Made by a program: the position numbers and the translations under genes. The notes beneath the pieces were generated by a model. That model made no database searches, had not been told where the DNA came from, and worked only from the letters and a program-made list of their open reading frames with translations. Source: an uncultured Bacilli bacterium (GTDB taxonomy: Bacteria > Bacillota_I > Bacilli_A > RF39 > UBA660). Taken from it: a stretch of DNA of 64,000 nt. The stretch is from positions 72,048 to 136,047 of the forward strand of contig CAKOND010000001.1 in the NCBI GenBank assembly GCA_934096945.1, written 5' to 3'. Numbering within the stretch: position 1 is the first letter of the stretch; each line of letters opens with the position of its first letter. Below, piece after piece: positions 56,590 through 64,000 of this stretch.

Positions 56590-57969
56590 TTACAAAATAT
56601 CAATCGTTTTATTATATTTTTCAATCATAGGTAAATATATATTTTTAAGAGACATTATACCCGCTTCACTCGTCGCTTCAGCCCTAAAAGTAATATTTGG
56701 TCCTGTATTTGAAGCCCTAACTAAAACCCATCCATTGGTATAAGTAATTCTAACTCCATCAATATCATTAATTGGATAATTTTTAAGTTTAGCATACGCT
56801 TTAATTTGTTCAACTACATTAAATTTTACTAAATCATCACTTGGAATTTTTATTTCAGGTGTAGAATAATACCTCGGATAATTTTTAACAAGTTTACTTA
56901 ACTTCTCATTTGTCCTACTTAAAATTTCCAAAAGTCTAAGTGAAGCATAAATAGCACTTGCACAATCTGCATCTCTATCTCTAAAATACAAATGTCCAGA
57001 ATACTCACCTCCAAAAGGTAAATTATCTTCATGTGTTTTAAACTGTGTATATGATGCTCCAGTTCTATAGCATACTCCTTTCCCACCCCATAAATTTATC
57101 ATATCTTCCATAGATTTAGAACATTTAATATCATACAAAAATGTTTTATTTGCTACACTATTAAACATATCTTGTATATATAAGAGCATTAAATATTCAA
57201 TTGGCATTATTTCACCATTTTCCATAACAACCCCAATTCTGTCTGCATCTCCATCATAAGCAACACCAAAATCAGCTCTATTATCTTTAACTGCTTTTTG
57301 AAGTTGTACTAAATTTTCTGGAACTGCAGGATCAGGATGATGATTAGGAAAATTACCATCAGGTATATCATTTATATAAATCGGTATGCAATACATATTA
57401 TCAAATACTTTTCTTACAATATGTGAAGCTGCTCCATTTCCAGGATCAATGACAACTTTTCTTTTATTTTTCCCAAATTTCAAAGAATATTTCAAGTATT
57501 CAAGATATTTATTTGTAATATTTGTATTGGTTATTCTTCCTTGTCCATTTTTAAAATTACCTGCTAAAGTATACTTTTTAAAATCTTCAATCATTTCTCC
57601 TCGAGCATTAATCATACCATCAAAAGAAAATTTAAACCCATTATCATCCTTTGGATTATGAGAAGCTGTAACCATTATACCAGGCATTTGATTTACATAT
57701 CTAGCATAATAATTCATTGGTGTTGTTGTAAAGCCCAAAGATACAATATTTATTCCACTTGAAACTAAACCTTTAATTAAATTTTGCGTAAGAGTTTCAC
57801 TAGACAATCTATTATCATGAGAAACAATACAAGATGTTTTATTATATTTTTCCTGTAAATAAGAACCATAACTTTTTCCTATAGTAAAAGCTGTTTGCTC
57901 ATTTATAGTCGTAGGATAAGTACCTCTTATATCATATGCCCTAAATATTTCTTCATTTATGGTATTCAT
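56590..57969 (-). CDS. Phosphoglucomutase/phosphomannomutase-family enzyme
   Basis: Active-site loop GIMVTASHNPKDDNGFKF, metal loop AYDGDADRIG and GGEYSGH. Confidence 0.88.
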   Translation of the reverse strand: MNTINEEIFRAYDIRGTYPTTINEQTAFTIGKSYGSYLQEKYNKTSCIVSHDNRLSSETLTQNLIKGLVSSGINIVSLGFTTTPMNYYARYVNQMPGIMVTASHNPKDDNGFKFSFDGMINARGEMIEDFKKYTLAGNFKNGQGRITNTNITNKYLEYLKYSLKFGKNKRKVVIDPGNGAASHIVRKVFDNMYCIPIYINDIPDGNFPNHHPDPAVPENLVQLQKAVKDNRADFGVAYDGDADRIGVVMENGEIMPIEYLMLLYIQDMFNSVANKTFLYDIKCSKSMEDMINLWGGKGVCYRTGASYTQFKTHEDNLPFGGEYSGHLYFRDRDADCASAIYASLRLLEILSRTNEKLSKLVKNYPRYYSTPEIKIPSDDLVKFNVVEQIKAYAKLKNYPINDIDGVRITYTNGWVLVRASNTGPNITFRAEATSEAGIMSLKNIYLPMIEKYNKTIDIL

Positions 57970-57985
57970 TTAGATCCCCTCTTTA

Positions 57986-58723
57986 TTATTTTATTATTGC
58001 TTCTAAAGCTAACTTTATCATATTATTAAGTGAAGTTTGTCTTTCTTCAATGGATAGAACAACATTACTATATTTTGAGTCAACTACTGTTGCCATGGCT
58101 GTTGCGCATCTTCCCATACTATTAGCAACATGAATAAGTCCAAAAGCTTCCATTTCTTCTCCTAAAACTTCATATTCTTTTGGTATTCTTGAAAGAACTC
58201 TCTCAAAATCAATATATGGACCAAAAACATCCATTGTGGTAAGCATTCCTTTATGTAAATTATTACTTAAACTAAGTTCATCAGCAGCTTTAACAACATT
58301 ATCATTAAGATTTTTATCAGCAACAACTACTCTTTCTCGATAATTATTATATGTATAAGCAAAGTTAGACTCACTATATACACTTTCACTTAAAAGCATA
58401 TCATTTATGTTTGCTTTTGGACTAACTGCACCACAAGTTCCAATTCTAATAATTTTTTGAACATCAAAAAAGTGAAATAATTCAAATGAATAAATTCCTA
58501 TACTAGGCATACCCATTCCACTTCCCATAACTGTTATAGGAACACCTTTATAAGTACCAGTAAAACCTAGCATATTACGTACACTTGTAACACACTTAGC
58601 GTTTTCCAAAAAGTTTTCTGCAATATACTTTGCTCTTAAAGGGTCTCCTGGCATTAAAACCAATTTTGCTATATCAGATTTATTTTCTACTTCAATATGT
58701 ATTGGATTTTCACCTAAAAACAT
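57986..58723 (-). CDS. deoD: Purine nucleoside phosphorylase, DeoD type
   Basis: LMPGDPLRAKYIAENFL, VMGSGMGMPSIGIY and EEMEAFGL motifs. Confidence 0.9.
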   Translation of the reverse strand: MFLGENPIHIEVENKSDIAKLVLMPGDPLRAKYIAENFLENAKCVTSVRNMLGFTGTYKGVPITVMGSGMGMPSIGIYSFELFHFFDVQKIIRIGTCGAVSPKANINDMLLSESVYSESNFAYTYNNYRERVVVADKNLNDNVVKAADELSLSNNLHKGMLTTMDVFGPYIDFERVLSRIPKEYEVLGEEMEAFGLIHVANSMGRCATAMATVVDSKYSNVVLSIEERQTSLNNMIKLALEAIIK

Positions 58724-58757
58724 TTTTATCCACCACTACTTTCTAGTATAATTTTAC

Positions 58758-58785
58758 CAAAAAAATATACTTTTTACTAGTATAT
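58758..58785 (-). terminator. Hairpin ATATACT-agtaaaa-AGTATAT plus T7 upstream of deoD
   Basis: Reads as an intrinsic terminator on the minus strand and ends the upstream unit. An extended -10 (TGGTAAAAT) for deoD follows it. Confidence 0.5.
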
Positions 58786-58828
58786 TTTTAAAACTTGACA
58801 AAATTTTAAAAAAAGCTATATTTTCAAG

Positions 58829-58981
58829 CAACTGACAAAAATAATAATATATGGTTATATGTATATAGCAAAGAAAATTTGCATAAATTAAAATGGAACA
58901 TCCAGTATTGCGAGATTGGATGCTACCAATAGATTGTGTGTATCTAAATCAACCTCATTGATTTAGATGCTGTTTTTATTT
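58829..58981 (+). ncRNA. Candidate orphan plus-strand small RNA (~150 nt)
   Basis: TTGACA (58795-58800)-16-TATATT (58817-58822) promoter. Internal hairpins GCAAA/TTTGC and CATCCA/TGGATG. Strong plus-only terminator ATCTAAATCAA-cctca-TTGATTTAGAT followed by GCTGTTTTTATTT (58942-58981). No credible ORF. Confidence 0.35.
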
Positions 58982-59038
58982 AACTAGAACTATTACTTTA
59001 AAAGACAAAACTATCTTTTAATTTTAGTGTACTTTCTA

Positions 59039-59521
59039 TCATTTACATTTTTCTTCCATAACAATTGGTATTTTTATTAAATCTATTTTATTATCAAAAG
59101 TTACTACTTTTACTTCTAAATATAAATTATCCTTTTTATACTTTTCACAAATACTTTTAGAATAATCACCTTTAAATGTTTTACCACTTAAGAATTTATC
59201 TAATAAAATAGAAGATTCTTCTTTATATTCATAAGATGTTATTTCATTTATTGTACTTTCTTTTTTTTCAAATAATGTAGCATTTATCTCTTTATATTTA
59301 GAAATATTATAATTTTTACAATAAGTTATATTTTCTATAACATAACTACTTTTATCTTTATTATATAAAACATTTCCATATATAGAATATTCATTGCAAT
59401 AAGATTTATTTTTTACTATATCACTATTATTATTTTTAATAAAAAGACATATTAATAAAACAATTATAAATATTATAATTGGCAATATAAATAATATTTT
59501 CTTCATATTTAGTTTTTTCAT
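59039..59521 (-). CDS. Hypothetical membrane-anchored protein (160 aa)
   Basis: N-terminal TM anchor, with Cys/Tyr/Lys-rich predicted extracytoplasmic part. Confidence 0.5.
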   Translation of the reverse strand: MKKLNMKKILFILPIIIFIIVLLICLFIKNNNSDIVKNKSYCNEYSIYGNVLYNKDKSSYVIENITYCKNYNISKYKEINATLFEKKESTINEITSYEYKEESSILLDKFLSGKTFKGDYSKSICEKYKKDNLYLEVKVVTFDNKIDLIKIPIVMEEKCK

Positions 59522-59608
59522 TTTATCACTATCCTTGGATATAAATTAATTATATCACACCAAAAGAAAAACTACCACTAGAGTAGTTACTTTTTCATAA
59601 ATATATAT

Positions 59609-60550
59609 TTATTCTGTAAAATCTTTTATTTCTTCTTCAAAACAATCTTTATAATTATATTCTACATATTTTTTATTTCTATTTGTAAATGTATCACTAA
59701 TTGGTATTAACGTATAATCTTTTAAAACAACATACTTATATGTAAAAGTTAAAACATCATCATAATATTTAGTTAACATATTCATTTTTAATGTTGCACT
59801 TGTTTTTTCCCCATTTTTATAATAATCAACGACCTCATAAAAAGCTTTATCAGTTCTTATAATTCTATCATTATAAACATTAAGTATTTTTTCACCTTCA
59901 TAATTACCTTCAATTTTAGTTTTGGCAAAACTATAGTCTTTCTTATTAATAAAATCATACCATGGAACACTTAATTTATAAATTATATTATCTTTAACCA
60001 TGTGTAAATTAAATATTAAATCATAATCTAATTTTTCACCATAAGTTTCTTTGCTATATGAGTCATAAAACTTCTCTAGTTCATATTTAGCATTTGCAAA
60101 CATATTATATCCTGCTTCAACTTTATTGTCTAAATTAGTATCTTCAATAGAATAATATTTATCATCACTTGTAATAAAATGTATATCTGCCCCGAAAGGT
60201 ATACCTATATTAACTATCTCTAGATCATCTGGAATATCTAATACTTTCCTATAACTAAATTCTCCGTTTTCTACCTTACTTGGATCAAATATATAAGCTT
60301 TATTATTACTTATAAATGTATATTCATTAAAGTAAGTATTTTGATTTAATACTTCTCCACCTAAAAACTTTTTGTAATCTTCCTTTTTCTTTCCACTATT
60401 ACTAGCAGCTTCTTCCACCAAAGATGTTTTTTTATTATCTTTAGTTTTATTATCTTTATAAGTATCTTTTTTGCCTAATAAAATTATACCTAATATTAAA
60501 AGTATTAATAAAATAACGCCACCAATTATCCATATTTTCTTATTTTTCAT
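59609..60550 (-). CDS. Hypothetical membrane-anchored protein (313 aa)
   Basis: N-terminal TM anchor plus a Lys-rich linker. Its start overlaps the upstream stop (ATGA). Confidence 0.55.
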   Translation of the reverse strand: MKNKKIWIIGGVILLILLILGIILLGKKDTYKDNKTKDNKKTSLVEEAASNSGKKKEDYKKFLGGEVLNQNTYFNEYTFISNNKAYIFDPSKVENGEFSYRKVLDIPDDLEIVNIGIPFGADIHFITSDDKYYSIEDTNLDNKVEAGYNMFANAKYELEKFYDSYSKETYGEKLDYDLIFNLHMVKDNIIYKLSVPWYDFINKKDYSFAKTKIEGNYEGEKILNVYNDRIIRTDKAFYEVVDYYKNGEKTSATLKMNMLTKYYDDVLTFTYKYVVLKDYTLIPISDTFTNRNKKYVEYNYKDCFEEEIKDFTE

Positions 60551-61635
60551 TATTCACCTATTTTTTCAATATATCCACTTGTTTTTTTAGTATACATTTC
60601 ATCAGTTACTGGTTTATATCTTTTTCCATCATAATCATCTGTAAATCCATTATAAGCTTTATAAACTTCATTAGTTTCAGTATCGTAAACTCTTTCATAA
60701 CCAAGAGTTGCGTCACTTTGCTTTTGACTCATAATATCATAAGTATTACTTCTCTTTTCCCAAGAATCCATAATACCATCAGATATTTCATTACAAATAC
60801 TTCTTACATTTTGAAAAGTTTTCATAACAGCATCTTGTGCTTGATAAAAACCACTCATAAAAGTATCTGTAAATTCAAGTGAGGATGAAATTTTATTTAA
60901 TGTTTCTTCCCAGTCTACAAAATCTTCTTTTGGTGCTGTAAAAAATATAGCATCATAAACACTTAAAAAGTAAATATCAATTTGTTTTCCAGAAATAAAA
61001 TTTTCATTTACGTAATATGGACCAGCATCATAGACATAAGCTGTAAATAAGCCTTCTGCATCCTTATCTGAAGCATCTTTAAATGAAGCACGTAGTACAT
61101 CACCACCAAGTAATCCTTTACCTAAATTTTCAATCACTGTAAAATCCGTAAGAGTTGGAAATGTAAATGTTGCATTATTATTAAGTGGCCCCATATCATT
61201 AAATATTTTATAATAACCTTCTGTATCTTTTGTAGCTATAACAGAAGCCTTTGCAAAAATATCATTTGGATAATATTTTTGTTGCCACTTTTTAGCATCT
61301 TCTGATTTATTATATCCTTCACTTTTTAAACTAAAGAAAAATTGATAAGTTGGATTTTCTGGATTATAAGCTCTTATTGTAAAATGAATATAATCTCCAA
61401 TTGTTTCTACCTTCCAACCTTTAGGTATTTTAATTTTAAATAAATCACTTTCATAATCTTCTAAAGTAACTTTACTTACTTCATTAGCTACAATTTTAAC
61501 ATTACCCTTACTAGTTTTAATAACATCATTATTATTAACCTTTTTATCAGTACTCATTTTAGGATACACTAAAAAAATCCCAATTAAAACCAAAATCACG
61601 ACCCCAGCAATAATAATATTTTTATTATCTTTCAT
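60550..61635 (-). CDS. Hypothetical membrane-anchored protein (361 aa)
   Basis: N-terminal TM anchor. First gene of the three-gene unit. TTGTTA-17-TATAAT promoter upstream. Confidence 0.55.
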   Translation of the reverse strand: MKDNKNIIIAGVVILVLIGIFLVYPKMSTDKKVNNNDVIKTSKGNVKIVANEVSKVTLEDYESDLFKIKIPKGWKVETIGDYIHFTIRAYNPENPTYQFFFSLKSEGYNKSEDAKKWQQKYYPNDIFAKASVIATKDTEGYYKIFNDMGPLNNNATFTFPTLTDFTVIENLGKGLLGGDVLRASFKDASDKDAEGLFTAYVYDAGPYYVNENFISGKQIDIYFLSVYDAIFFTAPKEDFVDWEETLNKISSSLEFTDTFMSGFYQAQDAVMKTFQNVRSICNEISDGIMDSWEKRSNTYDIMSQKQSDATLGYERVYDTETNEVYKAYNGFTDDYDGKRYKPVTDEMYTKKTSGYIEKIGE

Positions 61636-61690
61636 ATTTATTCCCCATTTCTACTAATATTATAATTTAATTATTTATATATAACAATTA

Positions 61691-61745
61691 AGTTGTCACG
61701 TAATGCATTGTTTTTAATGACAACTAAGTCTACATATAGTATAAT
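61691..61745. promoter_or_regulatory. Divergent promoter region with an 8-bp inverted repeat
   Basis: AGTTGTCA (61691-61698) and TGACAACT (61718-61725), separated by 19 nt. The right arm overlaps the -35 (ATGACA) of ATGACA-17-TATAAT (61740-61745), which drives the regulator gene. Confidence 0.5.
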
Positions 61746-61765
61746 ACTTTTAGGTGATTTTTATT

Positions 61766-63454
61766 ATGAAATTTAATGAATTATTAAACAAATACTTAGA
61801 AGATTTTGCATGCACTTCCACAGAATTATCAAAACTAACAAACATTTCACCATCAGTGATAAGTAGATACCGAAGTGGCCAGCGTACCCCCTCTATGGAA
61901 AGCTTACAAATGAAATCATTAATTAAAGCCCTAGCAAAAATAAGCAACGAAAATGAAGAAAAAATTGAAAAAGAATTTCAAAAAATATTTAACAAAGACT
62001 CCTTTGACTATGAAACATTTAGCAAAAATTTTAACGCACTTATAAACACCTTAAAAATAAACTTAAAAGATATGTCTAAATACACCCTATGTGACTCATC
62101 AAATCTTTCTCGAATAAGATATAACAAAAGTAAACCGAGTGAGCCTTTAGATTTTTCTCAAAAAATAGCCAATTATATTGAAGCAAAATATCAAGCTCCA
62201 GAAGACATTATCAAAATAGAAGATTTAACAGAAAAAACAAATGAAAGTATTTATAACAAAATATTTAAATATTTAACATGCAGTGATAAACCTCAAAAAG
62301 ACACAATAAAAAACTTTTTAACAAATTTAGACAAATTCAATTTAAATGATTATATTAAAGCCATAAAATTTGACGAATTAAAAGTACCAAGTATTCCATT
62401 TTACCACTGCAAAACCAAAAACTACTATGGACTTGAAGAAATGAAAAAAGCTGAAATAGAATTCCTAAAAGGTGCAGTTTTAAACAAAAATAATAAAGAA
62501 CTATTCTTATGCAGCAACATGCCCATGGAAGAAATGGCTAAAGATCTTGATTTTAGCAAAAAATGGATGTTTGGCATCGCTTGTAGTCTCAAAAAAGGTA
62601 TGCATTTAAATATAATTCATAATTTAGATAGACCATTTAATGAAATGATGCTTGGCCTAGAAAGTTGGATTCCCATTTACATGACTGGTGGTGTAACTCC
62701 ATATTATTTTAAAAAGACCGATGGAAACATCTACCACAACATAACATATACCACAAATAATTTAGCACTATCTGGTGAAGCAATCGCAGGTTTTCAAAAT
62801 AATGGCAAATACTATTTAACCAATAACAAAAAAGAAGTAGAATACTATCAAACAAAAGCAAAAAATCTTCTAAAAAAAGCTTACTCTCTAATGGATATAT
62901 ATAAGGAAGAAAATCAAAAAAACTACAACTTATTTTTAAATGATCTAATTAAAACAAAAGAAAATACAGAACGCATATTACCAAATCTTCCTTTATTTAC
63001 TATAAGTGATTCCTTATTAACAGAAATATTAAAACAAAACAAAATAAACAAGCAAGATATTAAAAAAATACTAGAATATAAAAATAAAGAATATATATTA
63101 TATACTAACCTACTTAAAACTAACAAACTTATAGATAATATCTATGTACCTACTAAAAATGAATTTAATAAACCTAGTATCACCCTATCTAATATTTTCT
63201 ATAATAAGAAAATAACCTATTCATATGAAAACTATCAAAAGCATTTAAAAGAAACATTTGCTTTTGCAAACAATAATAAAAACTATATTTTAAATAAAAC
63301 TAATTTTATAACTTTTACTAACATATCAATAAACATAATAGATAAAAAAATAGTAATTATATCAAAAGAAGAAAATCCAACAATTCATTTTGTGATAAGA
63401 CATCCCAAACTCGTAAATGCCATAAGTAATTTTAACCCATTAATTAAAGAATAA
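61766..63454 (+). CDS. Large HTH (XRE-type) regulator with a ~480-aa uncharacterised C-terminal domain
   Basis: N-terminus CTSTELSKLTNISPSVISRYRSGQRTP is an HTH. The ATG at 61766 lies 8 nt after AGGTGA. Confidence 0.65.
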   Translation: MKFNELLNKYLEDFACTSTELSKLTNISPSVISRYRSGQRTPSMESLQMKSLIKALAKISNENEEKIEKEFQKIFNKDSFDYETFSKNFNALINTLKINLKDMSKYTLCDSSNLSRIRYNKSKPSEPLDFSQKIANYIEAKYQAPEDIIKIEDLTEKTNESIYNKIFKYLTCSDKPQKDTIKNFLTNLDKFNLNDYIKAIKFDELKVPSIPFYHCKTKNYYGLEEMKKAEIEFLKGAVLNKNNKELFLCSNMPMEEMAKDLDFSKKWMFGIACSLKKGMHLNIIHNLDRPFNEMMLGLESWIPIYMTGGVTPYYFKKTDGNIYHNITYTTNNLALSGEAIAGFQNNGKYYLTNNKKEVEYYQTKAKNLLKKAYSLMDIYKEENQKNYNLFLNDLIKTKENTERILPNLPLFTISDSLLTEILKQNKINKQDIKKILEYKNKEYILYTNLLKTNKLIDNIYVPTKNEFNKPSITLSNIFYNKKITYSYENYQKHLKETFAFANNNKNYILNKTNFITFTNISINIIDKKIVIISKEENPTIHFVIRHPKLVNAISNFNPLIKE

Positions 63455-63491
63455 GAATAAATAATTTGTTAATACTAAAAATGGTAATCAC

Positions 63492-63844
63492 ATGGCCAAA
63501 ATAAAAGAATTATTTTATCATACAGCTCTTCTTTTTATACTTGGAGACTTATTGTTTTATTTTTGAAACAATAGGATTTCTATTTAAAACCGGTCATTTG
63601 ACAAATAAACAAGGCCTTTGGTTTACACCACTAAAACCAATCTTTTAAATTATCACAAATAATAATCATCATTATAAATATATTTTTATTATTTGATATC
63701 ACCCTAACAAGTATAGTAACTAAACGGTATTCGCAAAGAAAAAGAGGCATAGAAGCTACCAGAGATTTTGATACATACATTGATAAATACTTTAATAATA
63801 AGGTTTTTGAGAAAAAATTTCCAAATTTAAGCGTAAAAACATAA
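63492..63844 (+). pseudogene. Possible frameshifted remnant of a small membrane protein gene
   Basis: MAKIKELFYHTALLFILGDLLFYF*, then FETIGFLFKTGHLTNKQGLWFTPLKPIF*, then IIIIIINIFLLFDITLTSIVTKRYSQRKRGIEATRDFDTYIDKYFNN ..., in three successive frames. Confidence 0.3.
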
Positions 63845-63851
63845 GTAATAT

Positions 63852-63880
63852 TTGACAAACATAAAATATATTGTTAAAAT
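63852..63880 (+). promoter_or_regulatory. rpmB promoter
   Basis: TTGACA-17-TAAAAT, about 30 nt upstream of the AAGGAGTGAG RBS. Confidence 0.65.
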
Positions 63881-63911
63881 TAATAAGTAAACAAAAGAAG
63901 GAGTGAGAAAA

Positions 63912-64000
63912 ATGGCTACAAAAGTAACTACTAAAAAACCTTTAACTGGTAATAGAAGATCTCATGCTTTAAATGCAACTAAAATGAAACAAAAACCAAA
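63912..64000 (+). CDS. rpmB: 50S ribosomal protein L28 (5' part; continues beyond the window)
   Basis: MATKVTTKKPLTGNRRSHALNATKMKQKP matches the L28 core G-N-x-R-S-H-A-x-N-A-T-K. Confidence 0.8.
   Translation, partial: MATKVTTKKPLTGNRRSHALNATKMKQKP

Noticed and set aside
58758-58785. Terminator-like hairpin 35 nt upstream of deoD, considered as a riboswitch or attenuator
   Set aside because: An extended -10 promoter (TGGTAAAAT) lies between the hairpin and the deoD RBS. No purine- or nucleoside-riboswitch core was recognisable. It is more simply the terminator of the upstream unit.
63631-63858. 75-aa minus-strand ORF upstream of rpmB
   Set aside because: It overlaps the rpmB promoter and the plus-strand frameshifted remnant. 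It has no RBS and a low-complexity sequence.
1-64000. Search for CRISPR arrays, rRNA, IS elements, integrases and prophage modules
   Set aside because: I saw no regularly spaced direct repeats, no transposase, recombinase or integrase motifs, and no phage structural genes. The two repeat families found are single pairs without terminal inverted repeats or target-site duplications that I could identify.

Overview
The window is a very AT-rich, tightly packed chromosomal segment of a low-GC, spore-forming Firmicute. It uses the standard genetic code, since long housekeeping ORFs stay intact with UGA as stop. Spore-former markers are spoVIF, a CotY/CotZ/ExsY-like Cys-rich coat protein, two YjcZ-like tiny proteins and a SEDS (SpoVE/FtsW) gene. 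Almost all genes are on the minus strand.

Recognisable core genes:
- Protein quality and DNA repair/replication: lon (partial), mutS, mutM/fpg, polA, recD2, tag.
- Cell wall and division: murG, murB, divIB, a class B PBP, an LCP-family protein, prsA.
- Translation and RNA: T-box-controlled tyrS and thrS, tRNA-Ala(UGC), rpoZ, queH, mtaB, an RluA-type synthase, rpmB (partial).
- Metabolism and transport: deoD, a PGM/PMM-type mutase, two ABC-2 exporter modules (one with a TetR regulator).

Accessory or unusual content:
1. A family of predicted surface proteins with a TasA/camelysin-like (SipW-substrate-type) N-terminal signal and a shared C-terminal module. It has two intact members (498 and about 402 aa) and three decayed fragments.
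2. One intact copy and one relic flank a 715-aa sigma-70-family protein whose C-terminal 350 aa consist of internal repeats.
3. The 3' end of the 498-aa gene is a sharp GC-rich patch.
4. mutS is translationally coupled to an ABC exporter and a HipA-like kinase instead of mutL.
5. A membrane-anchored serpin.
6. Two copies of a ~115-nt intergenic element with a compensatory stem change.
7. Two orphan plus-strand promoter/terminator units (candidate sRNAs) in minus-strand territory.
8. Several pseudogenes (flavodoxin, GNAT, a frameshifted gene coupled to mtaB).

I saw no CRISPR array, rRNA, transposase, integrase or prophage. All functional calls come from reading motifs by eye; no database search was run.
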